Part shown: piece after piece, positions 1-12,600 of the stretch | How the letters are laid out: every line of letters starts with the position of its first letter | How positions within the stretch are numbered: the first letter of the stretch is position 1 | Assembly: GCF_009914755.1 (NCBI RefSeq) | Contig: NC_060926.1 | Source: the human T2T-CHM13v2.0 reference genome, Homo sapiens | Direction: 5' to 3' (one strand) | Length of the DNA: 64,000 nt | The notes under the pieces: generated by a model | Database searches by the model: none | What the model was told of the DNA's origin: nothing | What the model saw: the letters and a program-made list of their open reading frames with translations, nothing else | Position numbers and translations under genes: made by a program

Positions 1-409
1 TGATTCTCAGAGTTTTTAAATCTATCTTTGACACAATGGTTTTGCATATAGTCTATGTTTATTTTCTTCATTTCTTGGTATTTCTTGATTCCTAATTACC
101 AGGGAATATGAGAAGTACTTAATACATCTCAGTTGCTGAGTGAAGAATCTAGTATATATTAAATTAATGTTTCCCACATTTTATAGTATAGAGGCTAGAA
201 CCAATGCCTGATTTCAATGTTGCTACTGTATACCACTTGTATTTTTATTTGTTTCTATTTCAAGCTGATTTGTAGAGGTAAATTGTAAATCTGTGCATAT
301 ATCACCATTTTCCCTAGAAATGTGACTTTTATATTTTTCTATACAACATCCTAATCTGAATAGATAACAATTTGGTGAGTATTCAAACTTCATCTCTTTT
401 AAAAAATTA

Positions 410-956
410 ATTTATCTATTTTATTATAAATTGACAGATCATAGTTGTATAGATTTCAAGGGTACAAAGTGATGTTATGATTTATAAATGTAATCTGGAA
501 TAATTAAGTCAAGCTAATTAATATAGCCATCATTTCAAATGCTTATCATTGTTGTAATTAGAACATTTGAAATTTGTTCTCAATGATTTTGAAATGTACA
601 AGATGTGATTATTAACTATATTCACCATACTGTGCAATGGATTTTAAAAAAAATTGTTATTCCTCTCCTTTGATGCTTTGTACCTTTGAACCACCATCTC
701 CCCATTAACCCCAATCCCCAGCCTCTGTAAATCACCATTCTACTTTCTGCTTTTTTGATGTATTTGATTGTTCTAGAGTCTACATGTGAGTGAGAACATG
801 CACTATTTGTCTTTCTGTGACTGGCTTCTTTTACCTTCATATAATGTCCTCCAGGTTTATCCATGTTGCTGCAAATAACAATAAATTCGTAAATTTTTTT
901 TTATTTTTTAAGGCTGAATAATACTTCATTGTGTATATATATACCACATTTTCTTT
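410..956 (-). mobile_element. Old L1MA (L1MA7-9-like) 3' UTR, first piece of an element that continues at 1863-2034 and 13892-14310
   Basis: T-rich tail followed by 'ttgacag...gggtacaaagtgatgttatga...aagctaattaatatagccatca' and 'gtgagaacatgcactatttgtctttctgtgactggct', typical of an antisense L1MA 3' end. Confidence 0.8.
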
Positions 957-1850
957 TTAGAAACCTTCTTTTAATGAAAGCAAATTTTTCTTTCTCAAAA
1001 TTAGTTTAGATTTAGGGGGTACATATGCAGGCTTGTTACATGTATACAATGCATATACATAGAATGGTTTTGCAGTATGGTTTGGGCTTCTAGTGGACCC
1101 ACCCCCAATAGTAAACATTGTACCCAATAGTGATTTTTAAACCCTGACTCCCCTCCTATGCTTCCCCTTTTTCAGTTCCCCAGTGTCCATTATTTCCATC
1201 TTTATGTCCACATGTAATTTAGCTCCCACTTATGTGAGAATGTGTGGTATTTGATTATCTGATTTTGAGTGATTTCACTTAGGATAATGGCTCCAGCTCC
1301 TCCCATGTTGCTACAAAGGGTGTGATCTCATTCTCTTTTTATGGCTGCATAGTATTTCATGGTACATATATACCACATTTTCTCAACCAGTCAACTGTTG
1401 ATGAACACTTACATTGATTTCATGACTTTGCTGTTGTGAACAGTGCTTTGAGAAACATACTAGTGCAGTTGTTATTTTACACAATGATTTCTTTTCCAAG
1501 GGAAGGGAAGGAAAGGGGAGGGGAGGTGAGAGGAGCGGAGGGGAGGGGCAAGGGGAGGAGAAGTGGGGGGGGAGAGAGGGGAGAAGAGAGGAGGGGAGAA
1601 GGTGGGGGAGGGGAGGGGAAATGAGGGGGAGGGGAAAGGAGAGGGAGGATAAAGTAGGGGGAGGGGAAAAGAGGGGAGGGGGAGGGGTAGTGTGGTGGGT
1701 TTGCTGGGTGGAATGGTAGTTATATTTTTAGTTTTTTGAGAAATCTTCATATTCTTTTCCATAGAGGTTGTGTTAATTAAAATTCTCACCAACTGTATGA
1801 GAATTTGCATAGAATTTACAGGCGTTTCCTTTTCTTCACATCCATGGCAA
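957..1850 (-). mobile_element. 5'-truncated L1PB-like 3' end inserted into the older L1MA
   Basis: 'tttagatttagggggtacatatgcaggcttgttacatg' 3'-end motif; 12-bp TSD CACATTTTCTTT at 945-956 and 1851-1862. Confidence 0.8.
1498..1688 (+). repeat. Purine-rich (GGGGA/GAGG-type) low-complexity tract
   Basis: About 190 bp of almost only G and A with many G3-G7 runs, interrupting L1 sequence between 'gatttcttttcc' and 'tagtgtggtggg'. Confidence 0.95.
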
Positions 1851-1862
1851 CACATTTTCTTT

Positions 1863-2034
1863 ATCCATTCATTGTTGGATAGACACAAGGTTGATTTGAT
1901 AACTTGGTTGTTGTGAATAGTACTGCAATGAACGTGGAAGTGCAGACATCTCTTTGGCATACTGATTTCATGTCTTTTGGGTAAATACTCAGGAGTGGGA
2001 TTCCTGAATCATATAATTCTATTTAGTTTTTTTT
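1863..2034 (-). mobile_element. Old L1MA, second piece
   Basis: Resumes 'atccattcattgttgg...gggtaaatactcaggagtgggattcctgaatcatataattctatttagtttt' directly after the TSD. Confidence 0.8.
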
Positions 2035-2094
2035 AATTTCAATTTTAATTTTTTTTGAACCTACTTTATTTCAAGAGCACTTTTCTTTGAAGCT

Positions 2095-3122
2095 TTTTGT
2101 TTATCTATTTTTATTTTTGTGGGTATATTATAGAGGCATATATTTATGAGGCACATAAGATGTTTTGATACAGGCATGCAAAGAATAATAATCACATAGT
2201 AGAAAAGGGTTACCCATCTCTTCAAATATTGACCCTCTGTGTTTCAAAATATTCAATTAAATTATTTTAGTTATTCTAAAATGTACAATTAAGTTATTAT
2301 TGACTAGAGTCACCCTGTTTTGCAATCAAATAGTAAATCTTAGTCATTCTTTCTATTTTTTGTACCCATTAACCTTCCCCACTTCCCACCTCTACAACAC
2401 TCCATGACTCTTTCCAGCCATCTTTCTTTCTACTCTCTTTCTCCATAAGTTCAATTCCTTTGGTTTTTAGATCCCACAAATAAGTGAGAATAGGCCTGTT
2501 CGTCTTCCTGTGCCTGGCTTATTTCACTTAGCATCATGACCTCCAGTTCCATCCATGTTGCTGTGAATGACAGGATTGTATTCATTTTTATGGCTGAAGA
2601 GTACTCCAATCCATTATGTATATGTACAATTTTTTTAATCCATCCACCTGTTGATGGACACTTAGGTTGCTTCCATAACTTGGTTATTTTGAATAGTGTT
2701 GCAATAAACATGGGAGTATAGCCATCTATTCAATATACTGATTTTCTTTCTTTTGGGTATATGCCCAGCAGTGAGATTGCTGGATCATATGGTAACTCAA
2801 TTTTTAGTTTTTTTGAGAAACCTCCAAACTGCTCTCTATAGTGGTTGTACTAATTTACCTTCCTACCAACAATGTGCAAGGGTTCCCTTTTCTCCACTCC
2901 TCACCAGCATTTGGTATTGTCTGTCTTTTGGATAAAAACCATTTTAAATGGGGTGAGACGATATCTCATTATAGTTTTGATTTGTGTTTCTCTGATTATC
3001 AGTGATGTTCAGCACCTTTTCATATGCGTATGTCCCATTTGTATGTCTTCTTTTGAAAAGTATATATTCAGATATTTTGCCTATTTTTAATCAAATTATT
3101 AGATTTACACCTACAGAGTTGT
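2095..3122 (-). mobile_element. L1MA1-4-like 5'-truncated 3' end
   Basis: 'ttttgtgggtatattatagaggcatatatttatg...gatacaggcatgca' tail motif; ORF 2451-2711(-) [20 protein letters not shown]...WMELE matches the L1 ORF2p C-terminus. Confidence 0.85.
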
Positions 3123-3299
3123 ATCTTTTCTCAGCTTTTCCTCTCTCTTAGCTCCGTCTCAATGTCCAAGTGGGCAAGATTTGGTAAACATTGTCAAGGA
3201 TGGGAAATTCCAGGTTGTTTCTCATCTTGTAGCATCCTGAGCATGACCGAGACCAAAAAAGATACATTCTTTTTAAAATTTCTGCCTTCTTCTCACTAG

Positions 3300-3570
3300 A
3301 GTTGTCATATGGGCCAGATTGAGATGGTTGGGACACAGAGATGGAACAGATCCACTGGAGTTTGAATGCTTTTTGGAAATTGGCAGTATGAGGAATTCTG
3401 GATAGACAGATGCATAACAAATGTCAGACTGAGAGTATCTTCCCAGGTGAGGTGAGGTGGTTGGAAAGCCATTAGCATTGGTGGAAGTCCAGGTAGGGAC
3501 ACGAAGGCCTGGTGAGGAGTGAGTGACAAGTGAGTACCCTGGTTTGCAGGCAGAGCATGGTTTCAGAAAA
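3300..3570 (-). mobile_element. Possible degenerate L2 fragment
   Basis: 'ggaagtccaggtagggacacgaaggcctgg' and 'ttttggaaattggcagtatgaggaattct' resemble antisense L2 ORF2 sequence. Confidence 0.35.
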
Positions 3571-4289
3571 TCTTAGGATGAACAACAGACCATTGTTCAG
3601 AGAAACATAGGCTATCAGCACCAAGCAAATATAGTGAGAATTGATAGACTGAGGTCCATTAGAAAAACAGGAAAGGAACACAGATTTTTGTCCAGACAGT
3701 GCTTGGAAGTGAAAGAGGACACCAAACAGAATACTCTTGGAGAGATCACTCAAAACAGAAACCCAGTAATGAGAATTGGGTGGTTAGACAAAAACTGATT
3801 AACAATGAAGAAGCGAGAGCTGGTTATAAAAACAGGTTATGTACAAAAAAGAGCTGGTTATTTAAAAAATAACAGTAGTTTATAGAAATCGAGTCCTACA
3901 GGACTTACGAAACTACTTAATTCTTTGATAGAACTTTTTAAAAAGTTTCCTTAGCTATTTGATTCCAGAATCTGTGGTAGGGCTGAGCATGTACATTAAG
4001 CTTAGTTAGCATTTGGTTTGGGCACCTGATGAATGCAGAGAAATGTGTTAGCTTCCTGAGGTTCCTTTTGAGGTTTTTTCCTCTCATTCTCGGCAGGTAA
4101 TTTTTATTATTTCTGCAATTTCCATTTCTAAATTCAATGAAAGAAATTCTCAAATGATTGATTGAGCCTGAAATTCTAGTTTTGGATTTATTCTTATTAA
4201 GCAAAAGTTTATTTAACATTAAACTTCAAATATTAAGCATAGGTTAACATAGGCCAAAATATCATAATTCGTTTGTTTGAAGCTCCTAT

Positions 4290-4461
4290 TTTTGGTTTGT
4301 TGTTTGTTTTTTGAAACATGGTCACACTCTGTCACCTGGACTGGAGTGCAGTGAGGCAAACATGGCTCACTGCAGCCTGGACTTCCTGGATAATCAAGCG
4401 ATTGTCCCACCTCAGCCTCTCAAAGTGCTGGGATTACAGGCTGGAGCCTCCATGCTTTGCC
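4290..4461 (-). mobile_element. Free Alu monomer (FRAM/FLAM-like)
   Basis: Single arm only: 'cactctgtcacctggactggagtgcagtg...cctcagcctctcaaagtgctgggattacagg' preceded by a T-rich tail. Confidence 0.85.
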
Positions 4462-4692
4462 TGAAGCTGCTGTTCTGTATATTGCAGTTTAAATATTTCA
4501 CCAGAGTTGTGATTAACATCAGAAAACCTGAAACTGCTACTTATGATACCTGGCCATAATATGGTACTGGTTTCCCAGAATGCAATAGAAAGTACGTTTT
4601 TAAAGATGTATATACCACCCTTACAATAGTGATACGCTATGCTTCAATGAATAAAAGTAAAATTTCTTAATACACTCATTTTATAAATGACA

Positions 4693-5620
4693 TTTTCTGC
4701 TCATTGAATTGTGATATACATGCATAGCAGTACAAATATCACAAGTGTACAGCTCAACAAATTTCCAAAACCTGAACACACCTACATAGCCAGAGCTCAA
4801 ATTATTTTTTAAAAACAAAAATACCAAATAATACCAGCCCCTAGTAAGTATATACCTCCCAAAAGTTACCACTATCCTAATTTGTGGTATCATGGATTAG
4901 TTAGCTAATGGATTGGTTTTGTTGTGAAACATTAATGGTTTTGTTGTGATATATATATGTAGCTATGTATGCAATTATTGAATCATATAGTGTGTCTAAA
5001 TATTTCTCCCAATATTGTTTTAAAATTCACCTGTAATGTTAAAGAGATTTATAGTTCATTTAATCTTGTTGTGTAATATTTTATTTGGCATATATGCCAC
5101 AGTTCATTTACACTAATGAACATCTGGGTGGTTTCTGATTCAGCACTATTATGAATAGTGCTGCTATGAACATTTTAGTACATGTCTTTTGGAGAACTCG
5201 TGTATTTCTGGTGGGTGCAGTGGAATTTCTGGGCCGTAGGTTATACTTATGTTAAATTTTAGTGGAAGCTGCCAAATAGGCAGGGCTTGAGAGTTTAAGT
5301 TATTCTGTATCCTTGCCAATAATTATTACTTTCCATTATTACAATTTTAGCCATTCCAGAGCCTGAGTACTCATGTTATTTGGGGTTTCAACTTTCATTT
5401 CTCTAATGGCTGATGAAGCTGAACAACTTTCAGTATGTTTATTAAATATTTGGATATAATTTCTGTAAAAAATATTTGCTCAAGGCTTTTGTTCATTTTT
5501 GTGTTTGGTTGCCTATTGTTTTTTAAAATTGATTTTAAGTCTTTTATGTAATTCGATATGAGTCCTTTGTTGATTATTTATGGCACGAATGTCTTCTCCA
5601 ACTCTCTGGGTTGCCTTTTA
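4693..5620 (-). mobile_element. Ancient L1M (L1ME/L1MD-like) 3' region
   Basis: 'aagtgtacagctcaacaaatttccaaaacctgaacacacc' and 'tatgaatagtgctgctatgaacatttt' are motifs of old L1M 3' ends. Confidence 0.75.
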
Positions 5621-5996
5621 ATGTTTTTGTAATTTTTTAAATTTTTAATCTTCGTGGGTTCATAGTAGGTATATATATTTATGGGATACATGAGATGTTT
5701 TGATACAAGCATGAAATGTGAAATAATCACGTCATGGAGAATGGGATATCCATCTGCTCAAGACTTTATCCTTTGTATTACAAGCTATCCAATTACATTC
5801 CTATAATGATTTTAAAATGTACGATTATCATTGACTATAGTCACCCTGTTTTACTATCAAATAGTAGGTCATATTCATTCCTTTTATTTTTTGTACCCAT
5901 TAACTTTCCCCACATCCCACCCCCTGAAACCCTCACTACCCTTCCCAGCCTCTGGTAATCATTTTTCTATTCTCAAATCTCCAAAAGTGCCTTTGG

Positions 5997-6301
5997 TTTT
6001 TTTTTTTTTTTTTTTTTTTTTTTAGATAGATTCTCACTCTCGCCCAGGCTGGAGTGCAGTGGAGCAATCTTGGGTCGCTGCAATCTCCGCCTTCTGGGTT
6101 CAAGCAATTCTTCTGCCTCAGACTCACTGGAAGCTGGGATTACGGGTGCACGCCACCATGCCCAGCTAATTTTTGTATTTTTAGTAGAGACAGGGTTTCA
6201 GTATGTTGGCCAGGCTGATCTTGAACTCCTGACCTCAGGTGATTTTCTGCCTTGGCCTCCCAAAGTGCTGGGATTACAGACGTGAGCCACTGCACCTGAC
6301 C
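5997..6301 (-). mobile_element. AluS (Sx-like) inserted in the L1MA
   Basis: Poly-T followed by a dimeric Alu ending 'gtgagccactgcacctgacc'. Confidence 0.95.
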
Positions 6302-6626
6302 CAATTGTTTTGGTTATTAGATCCCACAAATAAGTGAGAACATGGCATGTTTGTCTTTCTGTGCCTGGCTTATCTCACTTAACATAATGGTCACCAGTTC
6401 CATTTATGTTGTTGCAAATGACAGGATCTCACTCTTTTTGTGGCTGAATAGTATTCCATTTTATATATGTACCATTGTGTCTATGTATCTGTTGTTAGAC
6501 ACTTAGATTGCTTCCAAATCCCAGCTCATGTAAATAGTGCTGCAATAAACATGGGAATGCAGATATCTTTTTGATATACTGAATTCCTTTCTTTTGGGTA
6601 TATGCATTGTAAGTATATATAAAATA

Positions 6627-6677
6627 TTAGTTTGGTGCAAAAGTAATTGTAGTTTTTGCCATTAAAAGTAATGGCAA
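6627..6677. mobile_element. MADE1 (Hsmar1-derived MITE), truncated on one side
   Basis: TA then TTAGTTTGGTGCAAAAGTAATTGTAGTTTTTGCCATTAAAAGTAATGGCAA: one terminal inverted repeat, the spacer and the start of the second repeat. Confidence 0.9.
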
Positions 6678-9600
6678 TTTAATCTTGTGCAATATTTCAT
6701 TTGGTATATATTCCACAGTTCATTTATCCTAAGGAACATCTGGGTGGTTTCTGATTCAACACTATTATGAATTTGGAGATTCCTCAAAGAAATAGTTTTA
6801 GTTCTTTAGAACTTGTGTGAGCAACTTTCAATATGTTTATTAAATATATTCAAAAGTTGTTCATACCCAGCAGTGGGATTGCTGGATTATATAGTAGATA
6901 TAGTTTTAGTTTTTTTAGGAATCTCCAAATTGTTTTCCATAGTAGATGTAATAATTTATATTCTCACTGAAAGTGTACAAGAGTTCCCTTTTCTCCACAT
7001 CCTCACCAACATTTGTTATTGTCTGTCTTTTGGACAAGTCATTTTAACTGAGGTGAGATGATATCTCATTATAGTTTTGATTTGCATTTCTCTGATAATC
7101 AATGATGAGTACCTTTTCATATGCCAGTATGATATTTTTATGTCTTCTTTTGAGAAATGTCTATTCAAATGTTTTGCCAATTTTGTATTGGATTATTAGA
7201 TTTTTTTCTATAGAGTTGTTTGAGCTCCTTATATACTCTGGTTGTTAATCCCTTGTCAGATGACTAGTTTGCAAATATTTTCTCCCATTTTGTGAGTTGT
7301 CTCTTCACTTTGTTGAGTGTATCCTTTGCTGTGCAGAGCTTTTTAACTTGATATGATCCCATTTGTCCATTTATGCTTTGGTTGCCTATGCTCATGAGGC
7401 ACTATTCAAGAAACTTTTTCCACCCTTATTATAATGATACCTGGAAAAAAAAAGAAAGAAAGAAAGAAAAGTTTGCCAAGACCAATGTCCTGGATTTTCT
7501 CCCCAGGGTTTTCTTGTAGTAGTTTCATCATTTGAAGTCTTAGACTTAAGGCTGTAATTCATTTTGATTTGATTTTTGTATATAGTGAGGGGGAGGGTTC
7601 TAGTTTCATTCTTCTACATATGAATATCCAGTTTTTATAGCATTATTTATTGAAGAGACTGACTTTTCCCTAGTTTATGTTCTTGACACCTTGGTCAAAA
7701 ATGAGTTGACTGTAGGGTGTATGGATTTTTTTCTGAGTTGTTTATTATGTTCCATTGGTCTATGTGTCTGTTTTCATGACAGTGCCATACTGTGTTGATG
7801 ACTATAACTCTGTAGCATAATCTGACTTCAGGTAATATAATTCCTCCAGTTTTGTTCTTTTTGCTCAGCATTGATTGCTTTTACTCAGATTATTCTGAGT
7901 CTTTCATGGGTTCAAATAAATTTTGGCATTGCTTTTTCTACTTTGAAGAATGTCCTTGATATTTTGATAGAGATTGTATTGAATTTGTTGATTGCTTTGC
8001 GTAGTATGGACATTTTAACAATATTCATTCTTCCAATCTATGAACATGGAATACATTTTCATTTTTTGCTATCCTCTTCAATTTCTTTCTTCAGTGTTTC
8101 ATACTTTGCATTATAGAGATTTTTCACTTCTTTGGTTAAGTTCATTGCTAGGTATTTAACTTTATATGTGGCTATTGTAAATGGGATTCCTTTTTTATTT
8201 CTTTTTCAGATTGTTCACTGTTGGCATATAGAAATGCTACTTATTTTTGTATGTTGATTTTGCATCTGGCAACTTTGGCGAGTTTTTCAATTCTAATGCT
8301 TTTTTGTGGCATCTTTAGATTTTTTCAAATATAAGATCATATCATCTGCAAATAAGGATAATTTGACTTTGTCCATTGCAGTTTGGATGCCCTTTATTTC
8401 TTTTATCTGATTGCTTTAGCTAGGACAACCAATACTATATTGAATAAGAATGGTGAAAGTGTGCATTCTTGTCATGTCCCAGATCTTAGAGGAAAGACTT
8501 TCAGTTTTTCCTCATTTAGTATGATACTAGCTGTGGGCCTGTCATATATTGCTTTTATGTTGAGGTATGTTCCTTCTATCTTCAGTTTTTTATTTAGGGT
8601 ATTTTATCATGAAAGGAAGTTGAATTTTATCAAATTCCTTTAATCATCAATGAAAGGATCATATGATTTTTATCCTTCATTCACTTGATACAATGTATCA
8701 CACTGATTAATTTGAGTATCTTGAGTCATCTTTGCATTACAGAAATAATCCCCCTTGTTCATGATGAATGATCTTTCTAATGTATTGATGAATTGGTTTG
8801 CTAGTGTTTTCTTGAGGACTTTTGCATCAATATTCACCAGAGATATTGGCCCATAGTTTTCTTTTTTTAATGTGTGTTTGTCTGGTTTTGGTATCACGGT
8901 AATACTGGCCTCATAGAATGAGTTTGAAAATGTTCTGTCCTCCTCTATATTTTGGAATAGTTTAAGTAGGATTTGTATTAGTTTTTCTTTAAACGTTTCA
9001 TAGAATTCAGCATTGAAACTAAGTCCTGGGATTTTGTTTACTGGGAGAATTTTTATTACGTTTTGATATTGTTACTTGTTATTGGTGTGTTCACCTTTTG
9101 GATTTTTTTTTATGGTTCAGTCTTTGTACGTTGTATGTGTCTAGGAATTTTACCATTTCTTCTAGATTTTTCACTTTGTGGACTTACGTTGCTCATAGAG
9201 GCCACAAATAATCCTTTGAATTTCTGGGATAGCAGTTGTAACGTCTCCATTTTCATTTCTGATTTTATTTATTTGGACCTTTTCTCATTTTTTCTTTGTC
9301 TGGCTAAAGTTTGTCAATTTTGTTTAATTTTTAAAAAAACAACTTTTTGTTTCATTGATTTTTGTTGTTTTTTATTTCAGTTTCATTTATTTCCGCTCTG
9401 ATCTTTATTATTTATTTTCTTCTAATTTTGGGTTTGGTTTGCTCTTGCTTTTATAGTTGTTTAAGGTTTAGAATTAGGTGTTTTTTGAAGTTTTTTCTCT
9501 TATTTGTTGTAGGCACTTAAAGCTACAAGCTTCCCTCTGAGTAGTGCTTTTGCTGTATCCCATAGGTTTTGGTATGTTTTGTTTCCATTGTCATTTATTT

Positions 9601-12600
9601 CAAGAAATTTTTTAGTTTCCTTCTTAATTTCTTCATTGACCCACTGGTCATTCAGGAGCATATTCTCTAATTTCTATGTATTCGTATAGTTTCCAAAACT
9701 CCTATTGTTATTAATTGCTAGTTTTATTCCATGGTGGTTAGAGAAAATGCCTGATATTATTTCAATTTTTTGTGTGTTTTAAGACTTCTTTTGTGACCTA
9801 ACATATGATCTGTCCTTGAGAATGAGCCATGTGCTGAGGAAAAGAATGCATATTGTGCAGCTGTTGGATGATATGTTCTGTAAATATCTATTAGATCCAT
9901 TTGGTCTCTAATGCAGTTTAAGTCTCATGTTTTGTTTTGTTTTTTTTTTCTCTTTTTCTGATGTTCTGTTTGGAAGATCTATCCAATGCTGAGTGTGGGG
10001 TGTTGAAGTCTCCAACTATTATTGTACTGGGGCCTATCTCTCTCTTTAGTTCTAGTAATATTTGCTTTATATATCTATGTGCTCTCATGTTGGGTGCATA
10101 TGTATTAAAAATTGTTATATATTTTTGCTCTATTGATGCTATTATCATTATATAGTGACCTTTTTCTCTTCTTACAGTTTTTGTCTTGAAATCTACTATG
10201 TCTGACATAAGAATAGCTACTTCTGTCCTTTTTTAGTTTCTATTGGCATGGAATATCTTTTTCCATCCCTTTACTTTTAGTCTACTTGTGTCTTTTTATG
10301 TAAAGTGTATTTACTGTAGGCAATAGATCAATGGGTCTTGTTTTTTTTTCATTCACTCAGCTAGTTGATATCTTCTGATTGGAAAGTTTAGTCCACTTAC
10401 ATTCAATGTTATTATTTATATGTAAGAACTTACTCCTGCCATTTTGTTATTTGTTTTCCGGTTGACATGTGACTTTCTTTCTTTCTTTCCTTCCTGTCTT
10501 TTTTTAATAGAGGTAATTTTCTCTGGTGATATGATTTTCTTTCTTGCTTCTCATTTTTTGTGTATTCATTGTATGTTTTTTGGTTTCAGGTTATGTCGAG
10601 GCTTGTAAATACTGTCTTACAACCATTATTTTCACCAGATAACAATTTAACACTATTTGCATAAAGAAACAAACAAATAAAACTAATAAAAACTGTATGC
10701 CTTAACTTCACCCTGCTTTTAAATTATTGTTATTTCTATTCATATCTTATTTTACAGTTGTGTCTTGACAAGTTGTTATAGTTATTATTCTTGATTGGTT
10801 CATCATTTGGTCTTTCTACTTAGGATAAGAGTAGTTTACACACCACAGTTACAGTTTTACAATTTCTGTGTTTTTTTGTGTGTGTGTACTTGCTATTACC
10901 AGTGAGTTTTGTTCCTTCAGGTAACTACTTATTGTTCATTAATGTCCTTTTCTTTATGATTAAAGTAATCCCTGTAACATTTTTTACAGGACAGGTCTGG
11001 TGTTGATGAAATCCCTCAGGTTTTGTTTGTGTGGGAAAGTTTTTATTTCTCCTTCATGTTTTAAAAATATTTTCACCAGATATACAATTCTAGGGTAAAA
11101 GCTTCTTTTGTCCTTCAGCAGTTTAAATATGTCATGCCACTCTCTCTCTTCTGGCCTGTAAGGTTTCCACTGAAAATCTGTTGCCAGACATATTGGATCC
11201 TCGTTGTATGTTATTTGTTTATTTTCTCTTTCTGCTTTTAGAATCTTCTCTTTATCCTTTATCTTTGGGAGTTTGATTATTAAATACTTTCAGTTAGTCT
11301 TCCTTGGGTGAAATCTGTTTGGTGTTCTATAACCTTCTTGTCCTAGGATATTGATATCTTTCTCTAGGTTTGGGAAGTTCTCTGTTATTATATATTGGAA
11401 TAAACTTTGTACCTGTATCTCTTTCTCTGTCTCCTCTTTAAGGCCAATAACTCTTAGATTTGCCTTTTGAGGCTATTTTCTAGATCTTATAGGCATGTTT
11501 CATTGCTTTTTATTATTTTTCCTTTGAACTCCTTTGTGTATTTTCAAATAACCTGTCTTCAAGCTCATTAATTCTTTCTACTGCTTTATCATTTCTACTA
11601 TTAAAGGACTCTAATGCATTCTTCAGTATGCCAGTTGCATTTTTTAGCTCCCGAATTTCTGCTTGTTTCCTGTTAATTATTTCAATCTCCTCCTTAATCT
11701 GGTAGAATCCTGAATTCCTTCTTTGTTGTCTTGAATTTCTTTAAGTTTCCTCAACACAAGTATCTTGAATTACCTATACAATAGGTCACATAATTCTGTT
11801 TCTCCAGGATTGGTCGCTGGTGCTGTATTTAGTTTATTTGGTGAGGTCATGTTTTCCCGGATGGTCTTGATACTTATAGATGTTCATCTGTGGCTGGGCA
11901 TTGAAGAGTTAGGTGTTTATTATAGTCTTCACAGCCTGGGCTTGTTTGTATCTGTCCATCTTGGGAAAGCTTTCCAGATATTTGAAATGACTTGAGTTTT
12001 GTGATTTAAGATGTATCTGTTTTATGGTGCATCCAAAACCCAGTAACACTGTGATTCTTGTAGATGCGCTGAGGTCCTACCTTGATGGTCTTGGACTAGA
12101 CCCAGGAGAATTCTCTGGATTACCAGGCAGAGATTCTTGTTTTCTTCCCTTAGTTTCTCTCAAACAAATGGAGTCTCTCCCTCTCCCTCTGTTCTGACCC
12201 ACCTGGGGGGTGGAATGACACGAGCACCCCTGTGGCCATTACCAATAGGACTGGGTCTTGTCTAAGGTTTGCTGTAACTACTTCCTGGCTACTGCCTATG
12301 TTCACTCAAGGCCATGAGGCTCTACAGTCAGCAGGTGGCAAAGCCAACTGTGCCTGTTTCCTTCCCTTTAGGGCTGTGAGGTCCTGCAGGACCTAGGCAG
12401 GTTTAGAGGTGTCATCCAGTAGTTAGGGACTAGAGTCAAAAACCTTAAACATTTACCTGGCATTCTATTTTACTGCAGCTGAGCTTGTAGGCAAACTACA
12501 AGATAGAGCATTTCCCAGTTTTCTCTCCCTTTTCTAATAACAGAGGAGCCTCGCCTCATGGCCTATGCCACCACAATTCCACTGTAAGACTACCATCAAT

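Noticed and set aside
1472-1960. 162-aa proline-rich ORF
   Set aside because: It is L1 ORF2/3' sequence read into the complement of the G/A tract, so the composition is an artefact.
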